A program made the translations under genes and the position numbers. From Vampirovibrio sp. (GTDB lineage: Bacteria > Cyanobacteriota > Vampirovibrionia > Vampirovibrionales > Vampirovibrionaceae): a DNA stretch of 45,128 nt. The stretch is taken from contig DAIDMR010000235.1 of NCBI GenBank assembly GCA_027448865.1, positions 1-45,128 on the forward strand. The letters run 5' to 3'. Numbering within the stretch: the stretch's first letter is position 1; each line of letters opens with the position of its first letter. Shown here piece by piece: positions 18,239 to 28,629 of this stretch. Under the pieces are notes generated by a model. The model saw nothing but the letters and a program-made list of their open reading frames with translations. It was not told the origin of the DNA and did not search any database.

Positions 18239-18838
18239 GTGTCAGCAATGCGTCAAGCCAGTCAGTCATCGGATAAAAAGCCGTTTCCCCTGAACGTGGT
18301 TCATAGCGGGGAGGGGTGGAGTATTGCCATCTTGTCGGAAAACGGAGAAAACCGGCAACTGCTGAAACCCGGCTGGAAAGGCGAAAAAACGGCCTCCTAC
18401 CAGTTTGCCACCGAGCAAGCCGCCTGGAATTTCCTGAAGCAGATGTTTAATTTCTGCCTGCAGCAGTCTCGCATGCAGCATACCGCCTCCGAAAAAATCA
18501 AGAATTGCAGCCAGTGTGGGGCTATTTTCAAAGCCACCGTGTTTGATCACTGTCATCGCTGCCTGCAGGAAAATGAATTTGTCTTGCAGCAAATCTGGCA
18601 AGGCTTTTACTATCTGGCGGGTTCTGAAAAAGGGGCGCTGCAGAAAGCGGCGTTCCTGCTTAAAATTCCCTATGAAGACTTTGCCCAGGTGCCCGATGCC
18701 TTTCAGGCCATGGTGCAGCGACATCTGGAACTGAACATGGCCCTGGAAAAAGCCCGTGAAGAACGATGCCAGCAACAAAAAATCGAGATGCCTGTCACGA
18801 ATCAGGGCAAAGGGCTGCGAAGCCAAACGTTTCGATAA
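18239..18838 (+). CDS. Hypothetical protein with a CxxC...CxxC segment
   Basis: 199-aa ORF (ATG alternative at 18248). CSQCGAIFKATVFDHCHRC. Preferred over the antisense ORF 18266-18826 on composition. Confidence 0.5.
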   Translation: MSAMRQASQSSDKKPFPLNVVHSGEGWSIAILSENGENRQLLKPGWKGEKTASYQFATEQAAWNFLKQMFNFCLQQSRMQHTASEKIKNCSQCGAIFKATVFDHCHRCLQENEFVLQQIWQGFYYLAGSEKGALQKAAFLLKIPYEDFAQVPDAFQAMVQRHLELNMALEKAREERCQQQKIEMPVTNQGKGLRSQTFR

Positions 18839-18926
18839 GCCGGTCAGCCTGCCTCCATCATTTATGGGTTACGGTCACGCTCGCCAGACGCTAGGATAAG
18901 CCTGATAACATCATTGAGAAAAGGAT

Positions 18927-20021
18927 GTGTCCGTGCCGGTTTCACTGTCTCTGGCCATGATTGTCAAAAACGAGGAGCGGGTGCTGGGGCGCATTCTGTC
19001 TCAGGTGGCTGGCCTATGCGATGAATTGGTGGTGGTGGACACCGGGTCTACCGATGGCACGGTGGCCTTGGCCGAGTCGTTGGGGGCCAAAGTGTTTCAT
19101 TTTGACTGGATTGATGACTTTGCGGCAGCCCGCAACGAGGCTTTTTCCCGCTGCGCGGGCGATTGGATACTGTGGCTGGATGCCGATGACCTGATTCCAG
19201 AGGCCCATTGTCAGGCCTTGCTGGACTTGAAGCAATCGGTGTTGAATGATCAGCTGGATGCGGTGGTGTGCAGCTATCAAATTGCTTTCGACGCCAATGG
19301 GCAGTGTCTGATCTCCATGCCCCGAGAGCGGTTGCTGAGGCGTGCTGCCGGTGGCCGCTGGCAGTTCCCCATTCATGAGGCCTTTGTACAGCCGGAGAAC
19401 GCCGTCATTCTGGAGCGTCTGGATATTGCCGTTGAACATCACAAGCCGCCGGAGTATCGGGAACGCTCCGTGGATCGCAATTTAAAGCTGCTGGAGGCCT
19501 TGATTGCTGGAGGCGATCAGTCCCCCCGTACCTGGTATTACTATGGCAAGGAATTACGCCACCACGGCCGCTTGGATGAGGCGGTTTCGGCTTTTTCGAG
19601 ACATCTGGAACTCAATGATAATGAGCGGATCAGCGCCTATCAGGCCATGCATAATTCTATGTGCTGCTGCATGGAGCTGGAGCGCTACGAGGAGGCCCTG
19701 GGCTGGGGGCATCGGGCCTTGGCTATCGATGGTAGGCGGGCGGAGGCCCTGATGGATCTGGGGGTGGTGTACTATCGTTTGGGCCGATACGCCGAGGCCG
19801 TAACTGTCTTGGTGGCGGCCACCGCCTGTCAGAAACCCGGCGTGGGACTGATTGTGGAAGAGGCTTACACCTGGAAGCCCTATCATTACCTGAGCCTGTG
19901 TTATGAAGGGCTGGGAGATTACCCCAAAGCCATTGAAGCGGCTCTGAAAGCCTACCCCGGGATTCCGGATAAAGAGGTCATTCGGGACAATATCATTTGC
20001 TTTGCCCGGAAATTGGGTTAG
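18927..20021 (+). CDS. Family 2 glycosyltransferase fused to TPR repeats
   Basis: LSLAMIVKNEERVL, VVVDTGSTDGT and WLDADD are GT2 motifs. The C-terminal half has TPR-like repeats. Confidence 0.8.
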   Translation: MSVPVSLSLAMIVKNEERVLGRILSQVAGLCDELVVVDTGSTDGTVALAESLGAKVFHFDWIDDFAAARNEAFSRCAGDWILWLDADDLIPEAHCQALLDLKQSVLNDQLDAVVCSYQIAFDANGQCLISMPRERLLRRAAGGRWQFPIHEAFVQPENAVILERLDIAVEHHKPPEYRERSVDRNLKLLEALIAGGDQSPRTWYYYGKELRHHGRLDEAVSAFSRHLELNDNERISAYQAMHNSMCCCMELERYEEALGWGHRALAIDGRRAEALMDLGVVYYRLGRYAEAVTVLVAATACQKPGVGLIVEEAYTWKPYHYLSLCYEGLGDYPKAIEAALKAYPGIPDKEVIRDNIICFARKLG

Positions 20022-20118
20022 GCCGCTTCGATACAGGCCCTTCAAAAAGGGAGCCTGGGTGGGGTTGTTATTTTGCTTGAAATAAAGTATCTTGATATCA
20101 AGATAAATAAGCCAGAGA

Positions 20119-20592
20119 ATGCAAGCCATGCGTAATCCCAACCAGGAACCGTATCAAAGCGCTCACCTGTGGCTGGTTCTGATGAAAGCCGCCCAGGCCA
20201 TCCGGGAGCATGATCGGAAAAGTATCGAATCCTCCGGTCTGTGCTTTTCTGATTTTGCCACCCTGGAAGTTTTGCTTCACAAAGGCCCTTTACCTGTGAA
20301 CCTGATTGGGGAAAAGGTTCAGCTGACCAGCGGTTCCATTACCACGGCCATTGATCGTCTGGAAAGTCGGGCTTTGGTGCAACGGCAAGCATCACCCACC
20401 GATCGCCGGGTTCGGCTGGTGCAGTTGACCGAATCAGGTCGGGCGCTGATTGAGCGGTTTTTTGAGCAGCACCTGCAAGCCCTGTCTGTTGCTACGTCCG
20501 GTTTAAGCGGTGAAGAGAAAGTCCAGCTGATTCATTTGCTTAAAAAGCTGGGCAAGCAGGCCAAAAAATTATCTCAAAATACAGTCTTATAG
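20119..20592 (+). CDS. MarR-family transcriptional regulator
   Basis: LSFSDFATLEVLLHKGPLPVNLIGEKVQLTSGSITTAIDRLESRALVQRQASPTDRR is a MarR-type wHTH. Confidence 0.85.
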   Translation: MQAMRNPNQEPYQSAHLWLVLMKAAQAIREHDRKSIESSGLCFSDFATLEVLLHKGPLPVNLIGEKVQLTSGSITTAIDRLESRALVQRQASPTDRRVRLVQLTESGRALIERFFEQHLQALSVATSGLSGEEKVQLIHLLKKLGKQAKKLSQNTVL

Positions 20593-20653
20593 GTTCTCAA
20601 ACTCACAAATTTGCACAATAAAAGACCATACAAACCAAAAAGGAGATGAAACG

Positions 20654-21097
20654 ATGAACTGGATTACCTGTTTTCAGTCTAAAACCTGGCCGTCGGTGGG
20701 CTTATTGGCCTTCCGCGTTGTTATGGGCATTGCCTTTGTGTTCCACGGCTTGCCCAAGGCCCAAAACGCCTTTGGTTGGATGGGAGAAGGCACTATTCCC
20801 GGCATCTTTCAGGCCTTTGCCGCCTATGCTGAAGTGCTGGGGGGTGCCGCTTTGGCCCTGGGCTTTTTGACCCCGCTAGCTAGCCTGGTGCTGATCGGCA
20901 CCATGATTGGCGCCTTGAGCCTGGTTCACTTGCCCAGCGGGCATCCTTTCGTCAGCGCCACTGGCGGTGGTTCCTGCGAATTGGCGTTGGTCTACCTGAC
21001 AGGCGCTTTGTTATTCCTGCTGAACAGTCCGGGCAAATTCTCCGTGGATTACTGGCTGTGGAAAAGTAAATTCAACCCGGATCAAACGGTTGCCTAG
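20654..21097 (+). CDS. DoxX-family membrane protein
   Basis: LLAFRVVMGIAFVFHGLPK with four hydrophobic helices. Confidence 0.75.
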   Translation: MNWITCFQSKTWPSVGLLAFRVVMGIAFVFHGLPKAQNAFGWMGEGTIPGIFQAFAAYAEVLGGAALALGFLTPLASLVLIGTMIGALSLVHLPSGHPFVSATGGGSCELALVYLTGALLFLLNSPGKFSVDYWLWKSKFNPDQTVA

Positions 21098-21128
21098 TTG
21101 CAACCTCACCACCAGAAAGGAGCTTGTC

Positions 21129-21878
21129 ATGAGTACGCTCAGCAAACTTACAGTACGACGCAGCCAGGAACGGGGGCGCACCCACATTGACTGGCTGGAC
21201 AGTTACCATACCTTTTCCTTTGGTGATTACTTCGATCCGCGTTTCCATCATTTCAGCGACCTGCGGGTGATTAATGACGATTTGATCCAGCCGGGCGGCG
21301 GCTTTCCCACCCATGGGCATCGGGATATGGAAATTCTGACAGTGGTGCTGAACGGCGAATTGAGGCATGAAGACAGTCTGGGTAATGGCTCCATCATTCG
21401 TCCCGGGGAAATTCAGCGCATGACCGCAGGAAGCGGCGTGATGCACAGCGAGTTCAACGCCTCAAGCACAGAGTCTTTGCATCTGCTGCAAATCTGGATT
21501 CATCCCCAAGAAAAAGGCTTGCCTCCCGGTTATGAGCAAAAATCGTTTGAGACGGCGACGCCCGCACCATACGCTTTGAACCATGCCAGTTTGGCGTTTC
21601 AGTGCATTGCCTCTCCTACCGGGGAAGGCGCTGCGGTGCGTATTCATCAGGATGCTTACCTCTATCGTGCGGCCTTGAATGCGGGTCAGCGAGCCACCTT
21701 CGATCTGTCCTCGAATCGCCATTACTGGCTGCATGTGGCCACTGGGCAAGTGGAAATGGAGGAACGGGTCTTACAGGCAGGGGATGCCCTGGGTCTGGCA
21801 GACACCGAAGCGCTTCTGGAACTGACGGCCCAGGCACCGCAAACGCAGCTATTGCTTTTTGATCTGAGAAGGCCCTGA
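21129..21878 (+). CDS. Pirin-family protein
   Basis: GFPTHGHRDMEILTVVLNGELRHEDSLGN and MTAGSGVMHSEFN are cupin metal-site motifs. ATG 21129 is preceded by AAGGAG. Confidence 0.85.
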   Translation: MSTLSKLTVRRSQERGRTHIDWLDSYHTFSFGDYFDPRFHHFSDLRVINDDLIQPGGGFPTHGHRDMEILTVVLNGELRHEDSLGNGSIIRPGEIQRMTAGSGVMHSEFNASSTESLHLLQIWIHPQEKGLPPGYEQKSFETATPAPYALNHASLAFQCIASPTGEGAAVRIHQDAYLYRAALNAGQRATFDLSSNRHYWLHVATGQVEMEERVLQAGDALGLADTEALLELTAQAPQTQLLLFDLRRP

Positions 21879-22059
21879 TAAGTTGTCCGGGATTTTTACA
21901 GCACTTTTTTCTAATCAGGCTCGGCTTCGTGGTTTTTGCATGGCGTAGCGTTTTAAAGGCAGGTGCAATGGCTTTTACGAGGCTGAGCTTTCTTCTTTTG
22001 AAGCTCTGCATAAGCGTTGCTGGGGTTCGTTTTGGCTCAAGATATTTTCACGCTTGAGT

Positions 22060-22089
22060 TTGACACTGTCCTGTAAAAAAGTTTATAAA
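22060..22089 (+). promoter_or_regulatory. Candidate sigma70 promoter upstream of the beta-helix gene
   Basis: TTGACA (22060-22065), then 17-18 nt, then TTATAA/TATAAA (22083-22089). This implies a 5' leader of about 165 nt. Confidence 0.4.
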
Positions 22090-22255
22090 AACAATATAAA
22101 CCGTGGAACTTTCGCCTGGAGTGAGTAAAACCTTTGGCAGCGGTCAATCATAAGCGTGGTTAAGTCTGTCCTGCCCAAGGTGAATGATGTGTTGTAGGAA
22201 TAAGCGCTTGTTTGCTTTTAAGGCCAGCGCTTTCATTAACAGTGGAGTTGAATTC

Positions 22256-23491
22256 ATGAAAAAATCCCTAGGATTTTCTTTGGCTACTTTAACGGCAGTG
22301 GTGTTGCTGCAAAACAGCAACGCGTTTGCCTACCAGTTAAACGCGGCGGACAGAACGCTGTCCGTCACGCCCGGTCAAACCGCTCAGGCCACAACGGCTG
22401 ATCTGAAAAGTGTGCTGAGCTACTTGTCTGGCATGAAAGACAAAAGCAAGCCATGGCGGGTACTGATGGCCCCGGGTAAATATCTGGTCACCAGTCAGCT
22501 CACCGTTCGCAATTTGCAGAACGTTGAATTTGTCTCGGATATGAACAAGCCAGCCCAGCTGATTAAGGACGCCAGCTGGAACGCCACCACGGGTGGCGAA
22601 TACTTGCTCAACGTGACTTACAGTAAAAATGTATCCATGATCGGTATGCAGTTTTACGGCCAAACCGACTATAAAAATAACGCGGATCCGGTCTGGCCCG
22701 ATCAGGGCGTTTACTTTGGCTCCTGCGATACGGTGCTGGTTCGGAATAACGGCTTTTTCAACTTCGGAAATAGTGCCCTTCGGGTGGCCACCCACGAGCG
22801 GGATCCCATCCCAGGGGTGAACAGCCGAAATACGCAAGTGCTGAATAACCTATTCAACAACGTGTATCAAATTTCCACCACCACCAACGATACGGTTCAT
22901 GGCGGCACCCAGAATTATTTGCTGCAAGGCAATGTATTCTATAACCTGCGGGGCTCCATCAAATTCGCCACCCGCACCGCCGGGGCAGAGAACATCAAAA
23001 TTCTGAACAACCGGGTCAATGGTGGCAGTCACTATGGCATTGAGATTAACAATTACAATAATGTGGAAATTCGTGGCAATCAGTTACAAAATATTAAGGA
23101 ATTCGCCATGAATATCTACACCAATACACGGGCCACGGGTTCCTTTAACTGGGGAGAAAACTACACCATTGCCGATAATGTGATGACCAACGTGGGCAAG
23201 GGTTTGCGCTTCAGCACCGAACCTTATGCCAATGGCACTAAAGTGTATGGCAAGAATTTGCAAATCACCAATAACACCTTCAATGGGGTCACCGATGCCA
23301 GTTTCGGTGGCGCGGCCATTTCTCAAATCAACGGCAATATCAATGGGCTGACCATTACTCAAAACCAATTGAATAACATTGCCAACAAACGGTACATCAG
23401 TTACAGCTCTGGCAGCATCATTACCAGTTATTTGAATAACCTGGTGAATGGCGCCGCCTATGGCCCGCAGCAAACCACAGCGACCAAATAA
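22256..23491 (+). CDS. Secreted right-handed parallel beta-helix (PbH1) repeat protein
   Basis: Signal peptide MKKSLGFSLATLTAVVLLQNSNAFA. Repeated N-rich coils (VLNNLFNNV, LLQGNVFYNL, ILNNRVNGG, EIRGNQLQNI, IADNVMTNV, QITNNTFNGV, TITQNQLNNI). Confidence 0.8.
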   Translation: MKKSLGFSLATLTAVVLLQNSNAFAYQLNAADRTLSVTPGQTAQATTADLKSVLSYLSGMKDKSKPWRVLMAPGKYLVTSQLTVRNLQNVEFVSDMNKPAQLIKDASWNATTGGEYLLNVTYSKNVSMIGMQFYGQTDYKNNADPVWPDQGVYFGSCDTVLVRNNGFFNFGNSALRVATHERDPIPGVNSRNTQVLNNLFNNVYQISTTTNDTVHGGTQNYLLQGNVFYNLRGSIKFATRTAGAENIKILNNRVNGGSHYGIEINNYNNVEIRGNQLQNIKEFAMNIYTNTRATGSFNWGENYTIADNVMTNVGKGLRFSTEPYANGTKVYGKNLQITNNTFNGVTDASFGGAAISQINGNINGLTITQNQLNNIANKRYISYSSGSIITSYLNNLVNGAAYGPQQTTATK

Positions 23492-23503
23492 CCCCACAAC
23501 AGA

Positions 23504-23545
23504 AAGCAGGCCGGTTTCATTACTGGCCTGCTTTTTCGTTTTTAT
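23504..23545 (+). terminator. Intrinsic terminator
   Basis: AAGCAGGCC-loop-GGCCTGCTT followed by TTTTCGTTTTT. Confidence 0.7.
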
Positions 23546-23560
23546 GATTCAAACTTTAAA

Positions 23561-24388
23561 TCAGGGGATGATTGGAGCGGATAGCGTTTGAAGATAACGC
23601 TCAATGGGTTCCATTGAATCCTCCGGCGCGAGTGCCTGAATTTTGGCCATGATCGCGGAACCCACAATGACCCCATCGGCACCCAATCGAATCATGCTTT
23701 CCACATGCTCCCGCTTGGAGATGCCAAAGCCCACGCAGACGGGTAAGTCGGAACACTGACGTGCCTGAGTCAATAAATTGCCCAGCGTCTGATCGTAGCG
23801 TTCTTCCACCCCGGTAATGCCCAGACGGGAAACGGCGTATAAAAACCCGCCGGATTGGGCCGCAATGTTTGGCAAACGCTCGGCACTGGTGCGGGTGGAA
23901 ATAATAGAAGTGAGTTGCAAGCCATACTGATCGAGAGCAGGCTTAATTTCGGCGATGCCTTCTACCGGCAAGTCGGCAATCAGCAGGCCATCGGCGCCCG
24001 CTTCGGCAATATCCCGGCAAAAGCGATCTATGCCCCGAACCAGGACCAGGTTGTAATACACCAATAAACTGATGGGAATGTGTGGATAGCTCTGCCGAAT
24101 TTGTTTCAGCAAATCCAAGGCCTGATCCACATCGAAACCCGCTTCCAGCACCGTGCGGCCCGCTTGTTGAATCAGCGGGCCATCGGCCACCGGATCGCTA
24201 AACGCCAGCCCCAGCTCCAGGGCGGTGGCTCCACCGGCCACAAAGGCATCAACACTCTCCAGACACCGTTGAGGCGTAGGCCATCCCAGCAGGGTAAACG
24301 GGATCAGGGCGTGGCGTTTTTCCTGTTTCAGGCGGGCGAACAAATCGTCATAACGAGACTGGGTTTGGGCTTGCTTAAGCGTGGACAT
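23561..24388 (-). CDS. trpA: Tryptophan synthase alpha chain
   Basis: 275 aa. [27 protein letters not shown] and GFGIS motifs. Confidence 0.9.
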   Translation of the reverse strand: MSTLKQAQTQSRYDDLFARLKQEKRHALIPFTLLGWPTPQRCLESVDAFVAGGATALELGLAFSDPVADGPLIQQAGRTVLEAGFDVDQALDLLKQIRQSYPHIPISLLVYYNLVLVRGIDRFCRDIAEAGADGLLIADLPVEGIAEIKPALDQYGLQLTSIISTRTSAERLPNIAAQSGGFLYAVSRLGITGVEERYDQTLGNLLTQARQCSDLPVCVGFGISKREHVESMIRLGADGVIVGSAIMAKIQALAPEDSMEPIERYLQTLSAPIIP

Positions 24389-25562
24389 GCTGGACTCCCT
24401 CCTGTTGGGCCATGACCTGATGTAAATCTTTATCGCCTCGTCCGGAGAGATTGATCAAAATAATCTGCTCCGGCGATCCCTGAGCCGCCAGCGTTTGGGC
24501 ATAGGCCAGCGCATGGCAGGATTCCAGGGCGGGCAAAATGCCCTCGGTTTCGGCCAGTGTGTGGAAAGCGGCCAAGGCCTCAGCGTCCGTGGCAGAGGCA
24601 TAAATAGCCTCCCCGGTGCTTTGCAGGTGGGCGTGTTCCGGGCCCACCAAGGGGTAATCCAGTCCAGCGGAAATACTGTAGGTTTCTCGTACCTGACCGT
24701 CTTTGTCCTGCAAGGCCAAACTCTTCATACCGTGCAAACAGCCGGGAGTGCCTTTGGCCAGCACCGCCCCGTGATGCTCTGTTTCCAGGCCCAGTCCTGC
24801 CGGTTCTACTCCGATCAGTTGAGCGCTGGTATGGCGGAAGCCCTGAAAAATACCGATGGCATTGGATCCTCCGCCCACACAAGCCACCACTTGATCGGGT
24901 AATCTGCCAGCTTGTTCTAAAATTTGTTGGTGCGCTTCTTCCCCGATAATTTGCTGAAAAAAGCGAACCAGCGTGGGGTAGGGATGAGGCCCAGCGGCGG
25001 TACCCAGTAGGTAATAAGTATCCTGCAAGTTGCTGACCCAATCCCGCATGGCTTCATTAATGGCGTCTTTCAGGGTTTTGGAACCGACCTCTACCGCATG
25101 CACGATGGCTCCCAATAATTTCATGCGAAACACGTTGGGCTGCTGACGCTCCATATCCACGGCGCCCATGTACACTTCGGTCTTTATTCCGAGCAGGGCA
25201 CCGGCCATGGCGGTGGCCACACCGTGTTGACCGGCACCGGTTTCGGCGATAATCCGGGTTTTGCCCATGCGCTTGGCCAATAAGGCTTGCCCAATGGCAT
25301 TGTTGGTTTTGTGAGCACCACCGTGCAGCAGGTCTTCTCGCTTTAAAAAGATGCGGGCCCCATAGCGTTTGGAGAGATTTTTCGCTTCGTACAGCGGGGT
25401 GGGGCGTCCGGCGTAGTGTTTCAGTAAATGATGGTATTCCTTTAAAAAGTCAGCGTCCTGGCTGGCCTCTAAAAAAGCGCTTTCCACTTCTTCCAGCGCA
25501 GGCACTAACAGTTCCGGCACGTAAACGCCCCCGAAGGAGCCAAAAAAGCCTAGGGATTGCAT
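24375..25562 (-). CDS. trpB: Tryptophan synthase beta chain
   Basis: [23 protein letters not shown] and GGGSNAIG. Start chosen at ATG 25562 ([12 protein letters not shown]) rather than the tracked 25616. Confidence 0.9.
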   Translation of the reverse strand: MQSLGFFGSFGGVYVPELLVPALEEVESAFLEASQDADFLKEYHHLLKHYAGRPTPLYEAKNLSKRYGARIFLKREDLLHGGAHKTNNAIGQALLAKRMGKTRIIAETGAGQHGVATAMAGALLGIKTEVYMGAVDMERQQPNVFRMKLLGAIVHAVEVGSKTLKDAINEAMRDWVSNLQDTYYLLGTAAGPHPYPTLVRFFQQIIGEEAHQQILEQAGRLPDQVVACVGGGSNAIGIFQGFRHTSAQLIGVEPAGLGLETEHHGAVLAKGTPGCLHGMKSLALQDKDGQVRETYSISAGLDYPLVGPEHAHLQSTGEAIYASATDAEALAAFHTLAETEGILPALESCHALAYAQTLAAQGSPEQIILINLSGRGDKDLHQVMAQQEGVQHVHA

Positions 25563-26263
25563 GATGCGTTCTCTCCATGATTGGGTTGGGGATGGAAATT
25601 TTGGACGATGTGACAAAAGCGCTTTATTTTATCAACGTCTTTTTTTCCAGGCGCCTGCTCCACCCCGGAGGCCACATCCACCCCGGCGGGCTGAAAGATT
25701 TGCAAGGCGGGCTGAATGTTATCCGGAGTTAAGCCACCGGCCAACAAACACGGAAAATCGGATAAAAAAGAGCGCAATTTTTCTGAATGAGCGTCTGAAT
25801 GGGTGACATTCAAAACGCTGGGAATGGCGCTGCCTTTGGGAAGATCCAGCAGTAAGGCTTGCACTTGAGGTACTTCCAAAAAAGTTGCCGATTGGCGGCG
25901 GAGTTCGGAGATATCAAGTTCGGGTAGTTCTGGATGAAGTAGTAATGTTTTAATGACGGGCACCGAAATTTGAGCACAGAAGTCAGGGCTTTCGTGGCCA
26001 TGCAGTTGGACCCGATTGAGTTTCAGGACTTGAATGAGACGCTCGATATCAGACAGCGATTGATTCTGAAAAACGCCCACCACCGTCGTTTCAGGATATA
26101 AAGCCCGAAGCTGCCTCATAATTTCTGTGGCCGATTCCACCGGTACAAAACGAGGGGTCTGGGGCACAAAAATCAGTCCCAGCCAATCGGCGCCTGCTTC
26201 AATGGCGGCCATGGCATCGGTGGGGTTGGTGATCCCGCAAATTTTGATCCGGGGTACGCTCAT
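25550..26263 (-). CDS. trpF: Phosphoribosylanthranilate isomerase
   Basis: [27 protein letters not shown] and AGGLTPDNI. Confidence 0.85.
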   Translation of the reverse strand: MSVPRIKICGITNPTDAMAAIEAGADWLGLIFVPQTPRFVPVESATEIMRQLRALYPETTVVGVFQNQSLSDIERLIQVLKLNRVQLHGHESPDFCAQISVPVIKTLLLHPELPELDISELRRQSATFLEVPQVQALLLDLPKGSAIPSVLNVTHSDAHSEKLRSFLSDFPCLLAGGLTPDNIQPALQIFQPAGVDVASGVEQAPGKKDVDKIKRFCHIVQNFHPQPNHGENASCNP

Positions 26264-27060
26264 GCCAATAACGCCTGAAGCTTTTTGGCCAGTGCCTCTG
26301 GAGTAGGTTCCCGCATTAGTGTGGAGCCGATCAAGAAGCCATCACAATGGGGCTGGAGCCTCACAATATCGGCTTTGTTCTGAATGCCGCTGGCTGAAAT
26401 TTTGAGAATACCCTCTGGAATCAGTGGGGATAATCGCTCGGTGGTGGACAGATCCATTTCTAGCGTCTGTAGATTACGGCTGTTGATCAGCAGAATAGAC
26501 GGGTTGACTTCTAGCGCTCGACGCACTTCTTCGGCATCCTGCACTTCAATCAGCGGGGTCATGCCCAGTGTTAAAACCCGTTCATTGAGTTCAGTCAGTT
26601 GCGCATCGCTCAATGCCTTCACAATCAGTAAAACCGCCTGAGCCCCGGCATGCCTGGCTTCATAGACTTGATAGGGATCGATAATAAAATCTTTGCAAAG
26701 GGTGGGGATGGTGACTTGATCGCTAACCGATTGCAGCAATTCTAAACTACCCCCAAAATAGTGGGCATCGGTTAAAACAGAAATGGCCACGCCGTATTGC
26801 GCATAAATGGGCAATATGGACGCTAAATCCAGCGTTTCCTTGAGAACTCCGGCAGAGGGCGAAGCCGGTTTGATTTCCAGAATGCAGGCCGGTTTTTGAA
26901 TAGATTGGCGAATGGCCCGCTCCAGGGCGTGCGGCTGGGGAAAAGCCCGTACTTGGTTCATCCATTGGTTGAGTGGCCGGTGTTTTTTTCGGTTCGCCAC
27001 TTCTTCAAGCTTGTGGGCCACGATGGTGCCTAGGACGTTATTAGCAGGCAAACTGTTCAT
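26260..27060 (-). CDS. trpC: Indole-3-glycerol phosphate synthase
   Basis: ILEIKPASPSAG, CKDFIIDPYQVYEAR and LINSRNL. Confidence 0.9.
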   Translation of the reverse strand: MNSLPANNVLGTIVAHKLEEVANRKKHRPLNQWMNQVRAFPQPHALERAIRQSIQKPACILEIKPASPSAGVLKETLDLASILPIYAQYGVAISVLTDAHYFGGSLELLQSVSDQVTIPTLCKDFIIDPYQVYEARHAGAQAVLLIVKALSDAQLTELNERVLTLGMTPLIEVQDAEEVRRALEVNPSILLINSRNLQTLEMDLSTTERLSPLIPEGILKISASGIQNKADIVRLQPHCDGFLIGSTLMREPTPEALAKKLQALLA

Positions 27061-28033
27061 TGACCCTCCGGCATTGTTCCAGCGTGTGTAATGCGTTTCC
27101 GCTTTTTAAAATCTTTTTGGCTTCCTGAATGCCTTCATCCAGCGTGCGGGCTTTTTGGGCAACCAAGAGGCCCGCACCAGCATTGAGACAAACCATGTCA
27201 TAATACGGCGATTGATCATCGTCCCCTTGAAGCAGCCGCATGAAAATTTTCAAATTCTCTAAAGGACTATGCTCGTTTCGTTGCAGTTCACGGTGCCCAT
27301 TTTCAGACAGCGAATCAGCCGAGAAATCAGACCAGGAAATGGTTATTTCCGCACAACGGTTATTTTCCAGTTGCAACACCTGCGTGTTGCCGTGGATATC
27401 GATTTCATCCAAACCCGATTCCGCATGCACGATCCAGCCGCGATCGCAGGTGTCGGCGTTGAGCAAATAGTCGGCCATGCGTTGCTGCATTACAGGATGA
27501 GACACACCCAGCAGCCGATAGGCGGGTTTCACCGGATTGAGCAAGGGGCCCAAAAAGTTGAACAGGGTGCGGGTTTTCAAGGTGCGACGCAACTGGTTAA
27601 ACCCGGCCAGTTGTGGATAACACTGCGGGGCAAATAGAAAAATCAGACCGCATTGTTCCAACGCTTCCGGGATGCGCTGCAAGTCCATCCGTTCGGAAAA
27701 CCCGAGCTGAGCCAATAGGTCAAAACTGCCGCTGGCACTGCTAAAGCCGCGATTCCCAAATTTAACCACCGGAATCCCGGCTGCCGCTAAAATAAAAGCC
27801 ACCGTGGTGGAGGTATTAAAATGGGGTAAGCCGCTGCCACCGGTGCCGCAGCAATCCATGACCGGCATTGGCGGTAAAGCCAACGGTTCGGCGGTTTCCT
27901 GCAGGCAGGCCAAGGCATCCGAAAATAGGGCGGGGGTAATGCGATCCGGGGTCAGTTGGCCCAGCAACGCCAGCGTTTCCGCTTCGCTGTATTCCAGATG
28001 AATGAGCTGGCGCAGTTGGTCACGGCTTAGCAT
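27041..28033 (-). CDS. trpD: Anthranilate phosphoribosyltransferase
   Basis: DCCGTGGSG, KFGNRGFSSASGSFDLL and LGPLLNP. Confidence 0.9.
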   Translation of the reverse strand: MLSRDQLRQLIHLEYSEAETLALLGQLTPDRITPALFSDALACLQETAEPLALPPMPVMDCCGTGGSGLPHFNTSTTVAFILAAAGIPVVKFGNRGFSSASGSFDLLAQLGFSERMDLQRIPEALEQCGLIFLFAPQCYPQLAGFNQLRRTLKTRTLFNFLGPLLNPVKPAYRLLGVSHPVMQQRMADYLLNADTCDRGWIVHAESGLDEIDIHGNTQVLQLENNRCAEITISWSDFSADSLSENGHRELQRNEHSPLENLKIFMRLLQGDDDQSPYYDMVCLNAGAGLLVAQKARTLDEGIQEAKKILKSGNALHTLEQCRRVNEQFAC

Positions 28034-28629
28034 TGGACTAGAAAATTCCTTAAAATCTGTTTTCCCTGCGGGGTGCCAATGGATTCCGGATGAAACTGAA
28101 TGCCATACAAGGGCTGTGTGCGGTGCTGCATGGCCATGGGAATGTTACTTTCCGCATCGCGGACGGTAATTTCCAAATCCGAAGGCAAGGTCTTTTCATC
28201 CACCAACAGGGAGTGATAGCGCATGGCCTCAAAGGTGGACGGCAGACCTTTAAACAAGGGGCTGTCGATCACCTGGCGCATAGGGCGGCTTTCCCCGTGG
28301 ACGATTTCAGGCGCGCCAATGACGCCCCCTCCCAAATAATGGGCCATGCCCTGATGCCCCAGACAGACCCCCAGCACCGGGCAATTCAGTTCCGCTTGCT
28401 TTTGGATAATCTCGGCGCAAATGCCAAAGTCCGAGGGTTCCGCGGGGTGGCCGGGGCCGGGGGACAGGATGATTCGCTGTGGTTTTTTCGCCAGCAAGGT
28501 TTGGAAATCGATGCCATCATTTCGGTGGACTTCCACCGGGGCGTCCGTTTCCGCTTGCAGCATCTGGTATAAATTGAAGGTGAAGGAGTCGTAATTATCA
28601 ATAATCACGACGGGTTGCGCTGCGGGCAT
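28027..28629 (-). CDS. trpG: Anthranilate synthase component II (glutamine amidotransferase)
   Basis: IIDNYDSFTFNLYQ, GVCLGHQ and FHPES. Confidence 0.9.
   Translation of the reverse strand: MPAAQPVVIIDNYDSFTFNLYQMLQAETDAPVEVHRNDGIDFQTLLAKKPQRIILSPGPGHPAEPSDFGICAEIIQKQAELNCPVLGVCLGHQGMAHYLGGGVIGAPEIVHGESRPMRQVIDSPLFKGLPSTFEAMRYHSLLVDEKTLPSDLEITVRDAESNIPMAMQHRTQPLYGIQFHPESIGTPQGKQILRNFLVQC

Noticed and set aside
18266-18826. 186-aa minus-strand ORF
   Set aside because: It mirrors the 18239-18838 plus-strand ORF. The plus-strand product has a more protein-like composition and a CxxC...CxxC motif, while the minus product is F/L/G-rich. The strand choice is not certain.
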